Assembly: GCF_006345805.1 (NCBI RefSeq)
Contig: NC_043004.1
Location: 80,972,001 to 81,036,000, forward strand
DNA length: 64,000 nucleotides
Direction of reading: 5' to 3'
Source: Octopus sinensis
Lineage: Eukaryota
Made by a program: the position numbers and the translations under genes. Below, piece by piece: positions 52,262 to 64,000 of the stretch (position 1 is the first letter of the stretch; the number at the start of each line of letters is the position of its first letter). The notes below the pieces were generated by a model. That model was not told where the DNA came from. It did no database searches and saw only the letters and a program-made list of their open reading frames with translations.

Positions 52262-52690
52262 TCTTTATTCTTTTATTCCTTTATTTGGTTCAGACATTTG
52301 ACTGCGGCCATGCTGGAACACCGCATTTTGTCAAGTACATCGACCCCAGGACTTATTCTTTGTAAGCCTAGTACTTATTCTATCGGTCTTTCTTGCCGAA
52401 CCGCTAAGTGACGGGGACGTAAACACGCCAGCATCGGTTGTCAAGCGATGTTGGGGGGACAAACACAGACACACAAACATATACACACATACATCTATAT
52501 ATATATACATACACATACATACATGCACGACGGGCTTCTTTCAGTTTCCATTTACCAAATCCACTCACAAGGCTTTCGTCGGCTCGAGGCTATAGTTGAA
52601 GACACTTGCCCAAGGTGCCACGCAGTGGGACTGAACCTGGAAACATGTCGTTGGTAAGCAAGCTACTTACCACACAGCCACTCCTGTGCC
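52262..52690 (-). mobile_element. SINE family B, full length
   Basis: All blocks present. Confidence 0.9.
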
Positions 52691-53004
52691 TATGTATATG
52701 TATATATGGCTATATAATTCTGTTTGTCTATAGATGCACAAACGCAGTTGGACCCTCCCATATACACTCATCTGTTCCATTAACATTTGAAAAGCTCTGA
52801 TTAAGCATGCACGCGCAATTAACATATGACATGTATATCTGGGCCAGCTGCAGCCGTCGTTGTTTGAACGTCGATGCTGTTGCTATTGACAACGAAAGCC
52901 AAAACCACCACAGCACCATCCAGCAGGATGATGGAGAGGATGACCATGGCGACGGTTCCGATCCCACTGCATCGATGAGGTTTGTGATGATATGTTGATG
53001 ATGT

Positions 53005-53046
<42 letters not shown>

Positions 53047-53158
53047 CGACGACGACAATGACGATGATGACGATGATGATGATGATGACGATGACGACTA
53101 CAACGATAATGACTATGGACTATGACGATGCTGATGATGATGATGATGATGATGATGC

Positions 53159-53210
<52 letters not shown>

Positions 53211-53452
53211 GATGATGATTGTTATGGTGGTGGAGGAGGTGGTGGTGGTGACGAACGTAATAATGAGGGTGATGATGATGATAGCAGCGGTGATAGCGAA
53301 AGGGACCGAAGCAATAAGTACCAGACTTTAAAGATACTGGGGTCGATACATTCGACTCAAAAGTCTCCAGGGCGATGCTCCAGCATGTCCGCAGTCTAAT
53401 AACTGAAACAAGTAAAAAAAATAAGAGATACATGTATGTATATTCATATATA

Positions 53453-53772
53453 CAGTAATTCCTCGCCATATCACGGTTCGCCTATCGCACACTCAGTGCA
53501 TCGCGGATTTTTCTGTCTAATATATGTAAATTTATATCGGGGATTCCTCAGTATATCGCGGGTTTCTGCGACCGATAGGTATTTATATTTCTTAAGATTT
53601 TATTTACTTCTGCGGTAAAATAAGCATTTTCCCGCCTAAAAATCAATAAATTAATACAATGCAGTACGGTACTGCACTGTATAACACATTAATTAAAATA
53701 TATTAAAAGAAAATACGTAGAATACCGTGAATGAGTAATCAAAGAATCGCACATACTTTATGGAAAACGAAA
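53453..53772 (+). mobile_element. Tigger/pogo-like non-autonomous element end; opposite-strand homologue at 61197-61521
   Basis: TA|CAGTAATTCCTCGCCATATCACGG start; colinear, visibly diverged reverse copy ending ATTACTG|TA at 61521. Confidence 0.65.
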
Positions 53773-54543
53773 CGTTCAGATAGGGACCGTCGGACTCTCG
53801 CGCGAATTGTTAGAAAGGATCACAAAAGTATAGCTCTCAAAATTACTGTAGAGTTAAATAAACACCCCGAGAACCCAATTTCCACAAAAAACTATTCTCC
53901 GGGAGCTGTACAAAGCCGAATTCCACGGGAGGGCTGCAATTAGAAAACGACTACTTTCAAAAACAAACGTTGCAAAGCGTTTAGAGTGGAGTAAAAGTCT
54001 ACACAATTGGTCCCTAGAGCAGTAGAAGAATGTTATTTTCTCGGACAAGTCATCCATTACCTTATTTCCGACCACCGGCCGAGTATACGTGTGGAGACAG
54101 CCAAAAGAAGTATTTGATCCAGACAACATTCTTCCAACAGTTAAACATGGAGGAGGATCTGTGATGATCTGGGGAGCTATATCTTGAAAATCCACCGGCC
54201 CAGTGCTTTCCCTTCCTAGCAGAATTAATTGTCAAGAGTATTTAAGTATTTTATCAGATCATATTCATTCTATGGTTAAGGAACTGTTTCTGGAGACAAA
54301 CGCAATCTTTCAGGATGATAGAGCACCAATTCACTCAGTTAAAGTTATTACTGAATGGCACAAGGAACATTCTAGTGAAGTTGAACATCTTATCAAGCCA
54401 CCTCAGTCCCGAGATCTCAATATTATTGAACATTTATGGTGCATTTTAGAAAAACAAGTAAGGAGTTGATATCCTCCACTATCATCACTGCAAGAACTGG
54501 AGATTGTTTTAGCTGAAGAATGGACAAAAATTCCTTTGGAAAC
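53770..54543 (+). pseudogene. Tc1-family transposase relic with DD36E spacing
   Basis: SDRDRRTLARIVRKDH...IFSDKS...TVKHGGGSVMIWG...FQDDRAPIH...PPQSRDLNIIEHLW; one frameshift and several stops. Confidence 0.9.
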
Positions 54544-54595
54544 ATTGGTTGTCAAGCGATGGTTGGGGACAAACACAAACACACAAACATATACA

Positions 54596-54635
<40 letters not shown>

Positions 54636-54855
54636 TATATATATCATGTATATATATATGACGGGCTTCTTTTAGTTTCCGTCTACCAATCCACTCACAA
54701 GGTTTGGTATGCACGAGGCTACAGTAGAAGAAACTCGCCCAAGGTGCTAGCCGTTGGACTGACCCCATTACCATGTGGTTGCGAACCGAGCTTCTTACCA
54801 CACAGCCATTGCTGTTTATATATATACACACACCCACACCCCACACACACACACC

Positions 54856-54907
<52 letters not shown>

Positions 54908-55495
54908 AGATTAATAGAAGTGATTGAAACAATTGAGATAGATTGACAGATCGATTGATCGATAAATTGATACGCATCTATGTATGTACACATATATAGA
55001 AGTAAACACATACATATGCACATATAACTACATATATAGATGCACACTCATACACATATCTATATATTTTAATATTTTGTTGCTTTATATTTTTCGTCGC
55101 ATTGTTCCTATTCAATAACGCCAAAAGCCAAAAATGTTATTGATAATCCACTGTGACCACACTTAACAAGCTACATGCTGCATCAGTCAATAAGCAACAA
55201 GCACAAGCTACCATCACACAATGACAACTGACTCATAATAATTATTTCATACAATACCTCCAGGCTACATAATTATGAAAGCAGTGACGTTGATGGTATT
55301 TATTTTGTAAGTTTATCATTATATGCTTTATCGTGAGTAGTTTTACATTTGACAATGTAGTTTCTTGAAATCATAAAAAAAACTGCCTTTTGTCTTTTGT
55401 GTTTAGTTATTGGACTGCGGTCTTGCTGGAGCACTGCGTTGAAGGGCTTTAGTCGAACGAATCCCCCCCAGTACTTGAAAAATATATGTATATAA

Positions 55496-55559
<64 letters not shown>

Positions 55560-55773
55560 TGCTTATACTTACGTGTTTGTAAAGAAACAAACACTGGTTG
55601 CCAAGCGGTAGTGAAGCGCAAGAACAAACACAAAGACACGCGTACACACGATCATATACATACACCTACCTACCTACATGCATACATACATGTATATATC
55701 TATGTCTGTCTATCTATCTATCAATATATATTATATATATATATAAGGAATGATGTATATACATATACATAAG

Positions 55774-55844
<71 letters not shown>

Positions 55845-56026
55845 GTATGTGTAGGTATATATACGTATAGGTGTATATATATACATGTGCGTATTATATA
55901 TATCAAATACATACATATACATAGGTACATATACATATATATATATAAGTATATATACATATATATGCACATACATACACATATATATATGTGTATATAG
56001 ATATATACCTATACATATTACTATAC

Positions 56027-56067
<41 letters not shown>

Positions 56068-56135
56068 CATATGCATATATATATACGTATATATACATAT
56101 GTATATATATATATATATATATTATATAATATATA

Positions 56136-56202
<67 letters not shown>

Positions 56203-57339
56203 ACATATGTGTTTGTGTGTGTGAAAAAATGAAAGGGGTACAATGGACTTGCCGTAAGGAGGGAATACATTCTATGGGTGGGGTACTGAAAACTTCCGTT
56301 TTTCTAGGTCTCGTAAATGAACGTAAAGCAGGCCTTTACCAATACCCTTAAAGCCAGGAACATTTCAGCATTCCTCGTTTATTCGACGGGATTCTTTCAG
56401 TTTCCGTGACTAGTAGAACATAACTCCCCGAAGTGCCACGCAGTGGGACTGAACGCAAAACTGCATGATTGGGAAGCAAACTTCTTACGATTCAGCCATA
56501 CCTAGTCATACATTTCACGACACGAATGAGTCTGTGGATCACAAGATGGCGGTTGTTGATTTACCTGATAACTTGACTTGCTAGAATTAACAGCTAAATC
56601 GCTCTCTCTCTCTCTCCTCTTTCTTGCTTTCTTTCTTTCTCTCTCTCTTTCTCTCTTTCTCTATCTCTATCTCTCTCTCTCTCTCCCTCAAATCGCACCC
56701 TTCTGTCTTAGAAAGATATACATAGGCGCAGAATAGGCTGTGTGAAGTAGCTTGCTTACCAACCGCATGGTTCTGGGTTCAGTCCCACCTCGTGGCACCT
56801 TGGGCAAGTGTCTTTTACTATAGCCTCGGGCCGACCAAAGCTTGTGAGTGGATTTGGTTGACGGAAGCTGAAAGAAGCCTGTCGTATATATGTATATATA
56901 TATATATATGTATGTGTGTGTATATGTTTGTGTGTCTGCGTTTATCCCCCAACATCGCTTGGTGTGTTTCTGTCCCCGTGGTCTGGCGGTTCGGCAGAAG
57001 AGACTGATAGAATAAGTACTAGGCTTAGAAAGAATACGTCATGGGGTCGATTTCTTCGACTAAAGACGGTGCTCCAGCATGGCCGCAGTCAAATGACTCA
57101 AACAAGTAAATGAGTAAAAGAGTAAATGAATATTTTCTCAGATTGTGTCCCGAGATTTCCTGCCAGGAGTTAAGAAGAAGAATAGTGCTTGATCATCAAT
57201 CTCCTCAACAACGGATCATACGAGTCTAACCGTTTTCAATAAGCATTGCATGCCTTAACCTTGCTCTTATTTCGTTGTAAACTAGACTTCATACAGCATT
57301 AATTCTGATAGATCTCAAATCTTAAAGGGATTCTTTGAC

Positions 57340-57431
<92 letters not shown>

Positions 57432-57665
57432 CGCTCTGTTTCACACTATCTGTCAATCTATTTATCTACCTACATGCCTGCCGGACTGTCTGTCTACCTA
57501 TCTATCTATCCCTTCTATCTATCTATATATCTATCTATCTATCTATCTATCTTCCTATCTACCTATCTATCTATCTATCTATCTATCTAACTATCTATCT
57601 ATCTATCTATATATCTATCTATCTATCTATCTACCTCTCTATCTATCTATCTATCGATCGATTGA

Positions 57666-57704
<39 letters not shown>

Positions 57705-57794
57705 TACATACCTACCTGCCTACCTATCTATTTATCTGTCTATCAATCTATATTTCTGCATATCTATTTATCTATCTATCTATCTATCTATCTT

Positions 57795-57825
<31 letters not shown>

Positions 57826-57836
57826 ATCTATCTATA

Positions 57837-57876
<40 letters not shown>

Positions 57877-57894
57877 CATCTATCTATCTATCTT

Positions 57895-57945
<51 letters not shown>

Positions 57946-57954
57946 ATCTATCTT

Positions 57955-57987
<33 letters not shown>

Positions 57988-58198
57988 ATATCTATCTATC
58001 ACAACCCACACAGATATACACTCCCGCTTATTCATCTCCTGCTGCTATACTCCCATATTCTATATGCGCCTGTGTATCTGTATGTGTACATATTTATATT
58101 TGAGGAAATAAAAGCTATACATCAATATATACATACATAATATGCCATCATATATGTATATTTATATATATATACATACATATATATATATATGTATA

Positions 58199-58229
<31 letters not shown>

Positions 58230-58439
58230 CACACACACACATACATATATATGAGAGTGTGTGTGTGTTTGCACGAGCATAAATCCAAGCACATATATTT
58301 ACACAGAAAGATGCATTTATGTATGCAAACATGCACCTATATACATGCATACATATATATATATATATATATGAATATATGTATGTGTGCGTGTCTGTGT
58401 CTGTGCGTGGAGGGTGTATTTATGTGTGTGTAAGTGTGC

Positions 58440-58470
<31 letters not shown>

Positions 58471-60150
58471 AGCGTGCGAGTCTGTCTGTTTGTCGTTTCC
58501 CATTCTCAATCCGTTCTTCTCCAAACCAGTTCTCTCTCAGAGAACAAAGCAATCAATATTTACTCAAACAAGAATGTAACAATGTAGGTGGAAAGAAATC
58601 AATGGGACCCACCCACCCACCCATCCACCCACCCTCACCCCCACTCCATCACCTCCACCGCCATCGGCAACCACCACCACCGACACCAAAAGCAACACCG
58701 CCGCCGCCTCCAGGTGAGGGCTTTGGCATCACTGCCAACCAACGCCACCTGCGGCACCATTTCCATCTCCACCATCACCATCGGACTACACCGCCTACAA
58801 TATCAGCACCAACACCACCACCAGCGATTCACACCACCTGCACCACCACCACTATCCGAAACACCACCATCACCATCACCAGTACCTGAAACACCATCAC
58901 CACCGCCACTACTTGAAACATCACCATCACCATCACCATCACCACCACCGCTCATACCATCAATATTAATATTATCTATTTACATGCAGTCATATCGATG
59001 AGCGTGGTGGAATCGTGTGCACGCCGGACAAAGTGCTTAGCGGCATTTCTTTCGGCTTTACGTTTCAACTTCAAAATCCACTCTGGGCGACTATGCTGTT
59101 CATCCCTTTTAGGATCGATAAAATATGTATCGATGGGGAACTGGAATCGATATACAGTAATCCCTCGACTATCGCGGGTATTACGTTCCAAAAAAACCCA
59201 GCGATAGGGGAAAATCCGCGATAAGTGAAAGTCCACGAAGTAGAGACTGTACAGTATTTTCCTTTTGTTTTTTTATTCTTTTTACATGTTTCAGTAATTT
59301 GACTGCAGCCATACTGGAGCACCGCCTTTTATTCGAACAAATCGACCCCAGGACTTATTCTTTGTAAGCCTAGTACTTATTCTATCGGTCTCTTTTGCCG
59401 AACCGCTATATTACGGGGACCAGCTTCGGTTGTCAGGCGATGGTGAGGGGACAAACACAGACACACAAACATATACAAACACACACACACACACACACAC
59501 ACACGTACACACACACACATATATATATATACATTTATATATATACGACGGGCTTCATTCAGTTTCCATCTACCAAATCCACTCACAAGGCTTTGGTCGG
59601 CCCGAGGCTATAGCAGAGGACACTTGCCCAAGGTGCCACACAGTGGGACTGAACCCAGAACCATGAGGTTGGTTAGCAAGCTACTTACCACACAGTGGTA
59701 AGTAGCTGTGCCTCTATATATATACCGTATATCTTTTATCATTCTAATTTTTATAATTTGCATTTCTTTTATTCTTGTACTTGTTTCAGTCATTTGACTG
59801 CGGCCATGCTGCAGCACCGCTTTTAGTCGAACGAATCGAACGCAGGATTTATTTTTTGAAAACTTAGTATTTATTCTGTCGGACACATTTGCCGAACCGC
59901 TAATTTACGGGGACGTAAACCCACCAACATCGATTCTCAAGCGCTGGTGAGGGGACAAACACAGACACAGAAATACACATATATATACATATATATACAT
60001 ACGACAGGCTTCTTTCAGTTTCCATCTACGAATTCCACTCACAAGGTATAGGTCGGCCTGAGACACTTGCCCAAGGTTCCACGCAGTGAGACTGAACCCG
60101 GAACTATGTAGTTGAAAAGCAAGCTCCTTACCACCTAGACATTCCTGCGC
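54544..60150. mobile_element. Further family B SINEs (54544-54810 -, 55370-55640 -, 56390-56500 -, 56725-57125 +, 59270-59700 -, 59765-60150 -) and a family A copy (58995-59150 +) among microsatellites
   Basis: Family blocks are recognisable in each; this entry is a cluster span, not one element. Confidence 0.8.
59155..59249 (+). mobile_element. Short Tigger-like MITE remnant; similar ends near 60168 and 60249
   Basis: TA|CAGTAATCCCTCGACTATCGCGG...CTG|TA. Confidence 0.5.
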
Positions 60151-61825
60151 CTATTTATTTTACATACAGCAGAACCTCGATTTTTAAACAACTCTAATCA
60201 TGAATAAATCGTGCTTGATCTCCTGTTTTTTCTCATGTTCATTTGATACAGTAGTCCCACGGTTTACGAACGTCTCTCATCGCGAATAAATCGTGCTTTA
60301 TACAAATCTATATCTAGAATTTTTTTCTATTTTTATTCTATTGATATTCTACAAATAGAAAAAGTTCTTGTTTGTCTCCATTCAACCAAAGTTATAAAAT
60401 CCCCTCCACACTGATAGGTCTAAATAACAAAGTGAACTTAGTGATAAAATCTACAGACGGAGAATGAACATACTACCATCATGTTCTTAATGATGAAATT
60501 AACCTCTCTGTCTATATAGCTACCCTCTTTGTAATGTTGGCAAATGAAATGAGTATAAGAATGTGCATTGTACGTTTAATTGAAAAATTCTGTATGTGGC
60601 TGAATATTGCTCGACATTTTAAAACTGATGTAACACTTACAGGGTTTAATAAAATGAAGTAGTATGAAACAATTGTACTACTCTACCTTGGATATCCTTG
60701 TTGTTTATTTTGATATATATATATAACGAAGTCGTGTCTTGTCCTTACCTTCAAAACGCGGAGTAGATGAAACAGGGACAACCGAAGAAGGGGAATATTC
60801 TTTATGTTGCATGTCTCGTTTCTCTGGAGCTTTTTTCGTTGTTTGAAAAAAAGTTCGTTTCTATGTTTTTGTTTTTAAATTTTCGTTTCTCATTGAGTTC
60901 AACGTTTCTTTTTTTTCTTTTCTTGATGTCCTGTACCCATGTATGCATGTATATATACATATATGTGTAGGTATGTACATATATGAATGTATATATGCAT
61001 ATATTTATATATTGTTTATATTATATGATCGAACGCCACGCATCCTTTTCCAAGTATATATATATATATATATATGTATGTATAGAGGGGGAGAGGGGGG
61101 GCACGATTTATTCGAAATTAGAATTATGCCAAAACCAAGGGTCTGCGGTGTTTATATTATTATAAATGCAAAAAAGAATGAAATTCACCTTTCGACTTTC
61201 GTTTTCCATATAGTATGTGCGATTCTTTATCTATTAATCTACGGTACACTGCATACTTTCTTTTAATATATTTTAATTAATGTGTTATACAGTGCAGTAC
61301 GGCACTGCATTTTTATTTATTAATTTGCTAGTTTTTAGGCCTGAAAATGCTTATTTTAACTCAGAAATAATTAAAATATAAAAGAATCTAGATACCTATC
61401 GGCCACAGAAACTCTCGCTATAATGAAGAGTCCTCGATATAAATTTACATATATTAGCCAGAAAAATCAGCGATGTACTGAGTGCGCGATAGGTGAACCA
61501 GGATATGACAACAGATTACTGTAGTCGATTCAGCCGCTCCCCGCCATAATTACAAGCTTTCTGCCAAAATTTGCAGTCAATAAAATGGCAGACTTCACAA
61601 GAGGGAATAGTCTCCCACTTCGACTAAGTGCAATGTTAGATACTATAGATTATGTTTTGTTTTTTTTTTGTTTGTTTTTTTTGTAGTTTCCGGCTCTTGC
61701 TAAGTTCTAGGTCATTCTCGATTAAACCGTTCTGTGGGTAAAGTTGTTCCCTTCAAACACACACACACATACACCCATATATATATAGCTATATACACAC
61801 ACACACACATATATATATATATTAT

Positions 61826-61876
<51 letters not shown>

Positions 61877-62033
61877 CATATATATACATATGTGTGTGTG
61901 TGCGCGCGTGTAAATTTTAATCAAGGATGACCTAGAAGCACATAATAATGCTACCGGATAGTATTGGGTAATTCTGAGGGTGGATAACCTTTATAGTGTA
62001 CCCTGTCACGTTCCTAACGGTATATACCATAAC

Positions 62034-62266
62034 AAGGCGGGGAGCTGGCAGAGGCGTTAGCACTCCGGGCGAAATGCGTAGCCGTAGTTCGTCTGCAGTT
62101 ACGTTGTGAGTTCAAATTCCGCCGAGGTCGACTTTACCTTTCATCCTTTCGGGGTCGATAAAATAAGAACCAGTTACGCACTGGGGTCGATGTAATCGAC
62201 TTAATACCTATGTCTGTCCTTGTTTGTCCCCTCTATGTTTAACCCCTTGTGGGTAATAAAGAAATA
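62034..62266 (+). mobile_element. SINE family A alpha monomer with a 15-bp TSD
   Basis: GGTATATACCATAAC at both 62019-62033 and 62267-62281. Confidence 0.92.
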
Positions 62267-62539
62267 GGTATATACCATAACTATATATATATATATATAT
62301 AGATATATATATATATATATATATCCTTTCGGGGTCGTTGAATTAAGTACCAGTTGCGTACTGTGGTCGATCTAACCGACTTGCCTTCCATTCTCAAAAG
62401 TTTCTGGCATTGTGCCTAGAATACAAAAGAATAACAAAACTAGGACGTACACATATATTAGTTTCACGCTCAGGAAAGGTGGGGAAAAAAGACTGGTTTA
62501 TGGCTCTAAGTGTTTGTCTTGTCACTGAGTTTGCACAAC

Positions 62540-63125
62540 AAGGCGGTGAGCTTAAAGAATCGTTAGCGCACCAGGCGAAATTCTTATCAGTATTCCGTCT
62601 GCTGCTACGTTCTTAGTTCAAATTCCACCGAGGTCAACTTTGCCTTTCATCCTTTCGAGGTCGATTTATATAAGTACCAGTTACGCACTGGGGCCGATAT
62701 AATCGACTTAATCCGTTTTTCTACCCTTGTTTGTCTTCTCTGTGTTTAGCCCCTTGTGGGAAGTAAAAGAAATAGATATTTTGTCTGTTCTTACGTTCTG
62801 GGTTCAAATTCTGTCGAGGTCGACTTTGCCTTTCATCCTTTCGGGGTCGATTTATATAAGTACCAGTTACGCACTGGGGCCGATATAATCAACTTAATCC
62901 GTTTTTCTGCCCTTGTTTGTCCTCTCTGTGTTTAGCCCCTTGTGGGAAGTAAAGAAATAGGTATTTTGTCTGTTCTTACGTTCTGGGTTCAAATTCTGTC
63001 GAGGTCAACTTTGCCTTCATCTTTTCGGGGTCGATAAATTAAGTACCAGTAAAACACTGGGGTCGATGTAATCGATTACCCCCCACTCACCCCAAATTTC
63101 AGGCCCTTGTACCTATAGTAAAAAG
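62540..63125 (+). mobile_element. SINE family A trimer (alpha-alpha-beta)
   Basis: One head and three bodies at ~180-bp spacing, joined at GAAATAG(G/A)TATTTTGTC. Confidence 0.9.
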
Positions 63126-64000
63126 GATTGCGTTTGCACACCTTTTTCTGTATCTCTGTCTAAATTTACATAAAAATCTATGTCAATTCTCCAACATAAG
63201 AGATGGACAGATTCATTACAAGTCATCACTACGTAATAAATAGTAATGGCATGGAGTCGATGTGTGTCGAGTGGACCCCTTCAGGGCTTATACCCATTAC
63301 TCTAGTATAGCCTTCAGTTCAATGAGTAGAACCAGTAACAGAATATACATACATGTGTATATATATATATATGTGTGTATGTGTTTATATATGTGTGTAT
63401 GTATTGTGTGTTGTTGTTGTTGTGTTAACTTTGCATAGCACCTGTCTGTTAAACGGCCTAAAATGGATTTCTGTTAGTGTTAGAGAAAAGCACTTGTAGG
63501 CGGCAACCCGGAGTTTGGGTGCAGCGGTGTAGCTGGACTCAATAACTGACTATACATACATGTGTGTGTGTGCTTGTGTGTGTGCGTGTTTATTTTACTC
63601 AGCACCTGTTTGTTAAAACGGTCTGAGATGGATGTTTTAGTATACATCCGATTACGGTCCTCGCATGTGTTCCTTTGACATTTATGTCAGAACTAAGGAA
63701 ACAGCTGTATCTTATTCTAAGTTCCTTTCATGTTGAAGGGTTTCTTGGCAGACCACCTCCCCCACTTTCCACCCGCTGACAAGGTTCTTTGTTTTTCTCT
63801 CTCTCTCTCTCTCTCTCTCTTACTCTCACTCATTCACTCACTCTTATTTCTCACTCTTTCTCTCCCTCCCGTCTCTCTCTCCTCTCCTCTCTCTTTCTTT
63901 CTCTTTCTCGCACCCTTCTTAGTTATCTTTTCTGCTTTTTTAAAGATGATGAAGAAGAAAAGAAGAAAATTATGAAGATGATGTTGATGACGATGATGAT

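Noticed and set aside
58588-59001. Pro/Ser-rich ORF with ETPSP repeats
   Set aside because: It is derived from (CAC/CAT)n with short local duplications, and no splice or homology support was found.
60770-60830. Hammerhead-like hairpin (CCGAAGA core, long stem); also CTGATGA near 7730
   Set aside because: Neither has an intact stem II followed by GAAA; at best they are decayed Penelope-type ends.
53453-61521. One 8-kb transposon bounded by long inverted repeats
   Set aside because: The two ~320-bp copies are visibly diverged and the interior is unrelated repeats. Independent insertions in opposite orientation are simpler.

Overview
This is a repeat-saturated, AT-rich animal genomic window. 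The SINE repertoire and extreme (TA)n/(TG)n/(AAT)n/(TAGA)n density suggest an octopus (inference). No host protein-coding gene, rRNA, true tRNA or CRISPR array can be supported, and nearly all ORFs in the track are microsatellite or repeat artefacts. The window contains at least four tRNA-derived SINE families and 3' fragments of R4/Dong-type (restriction-like endonuclease) LINEs that end in (TAA)n. It also holds RTE and L1/Tx1 LINE relics, decayed Tc1/mariner transposases (DD34D, DD37D, DD36E), a non-autonomous Helitron, several MITEs, a TG...CA-bounded element, a 107-bp minisatellite and a 100-N gap. A 4.6-kb array of a ~546-bp unit contains an internal fold-back inversion. The most interesting signal is a set of minimal hammerhead-ribozyme-like motifs with palindromic stem III (the Penelope/retrozyme architecture) in four unrelated repeats. 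One lies downstream of a tRNA-like Pol III head, one has a compensatory G3-C8 core swap inside a long palindrome, one is an A6U variant family, and one degenerate version occurs in each complete unit of the 546-bp array. Ribozyme activity is untested inference.
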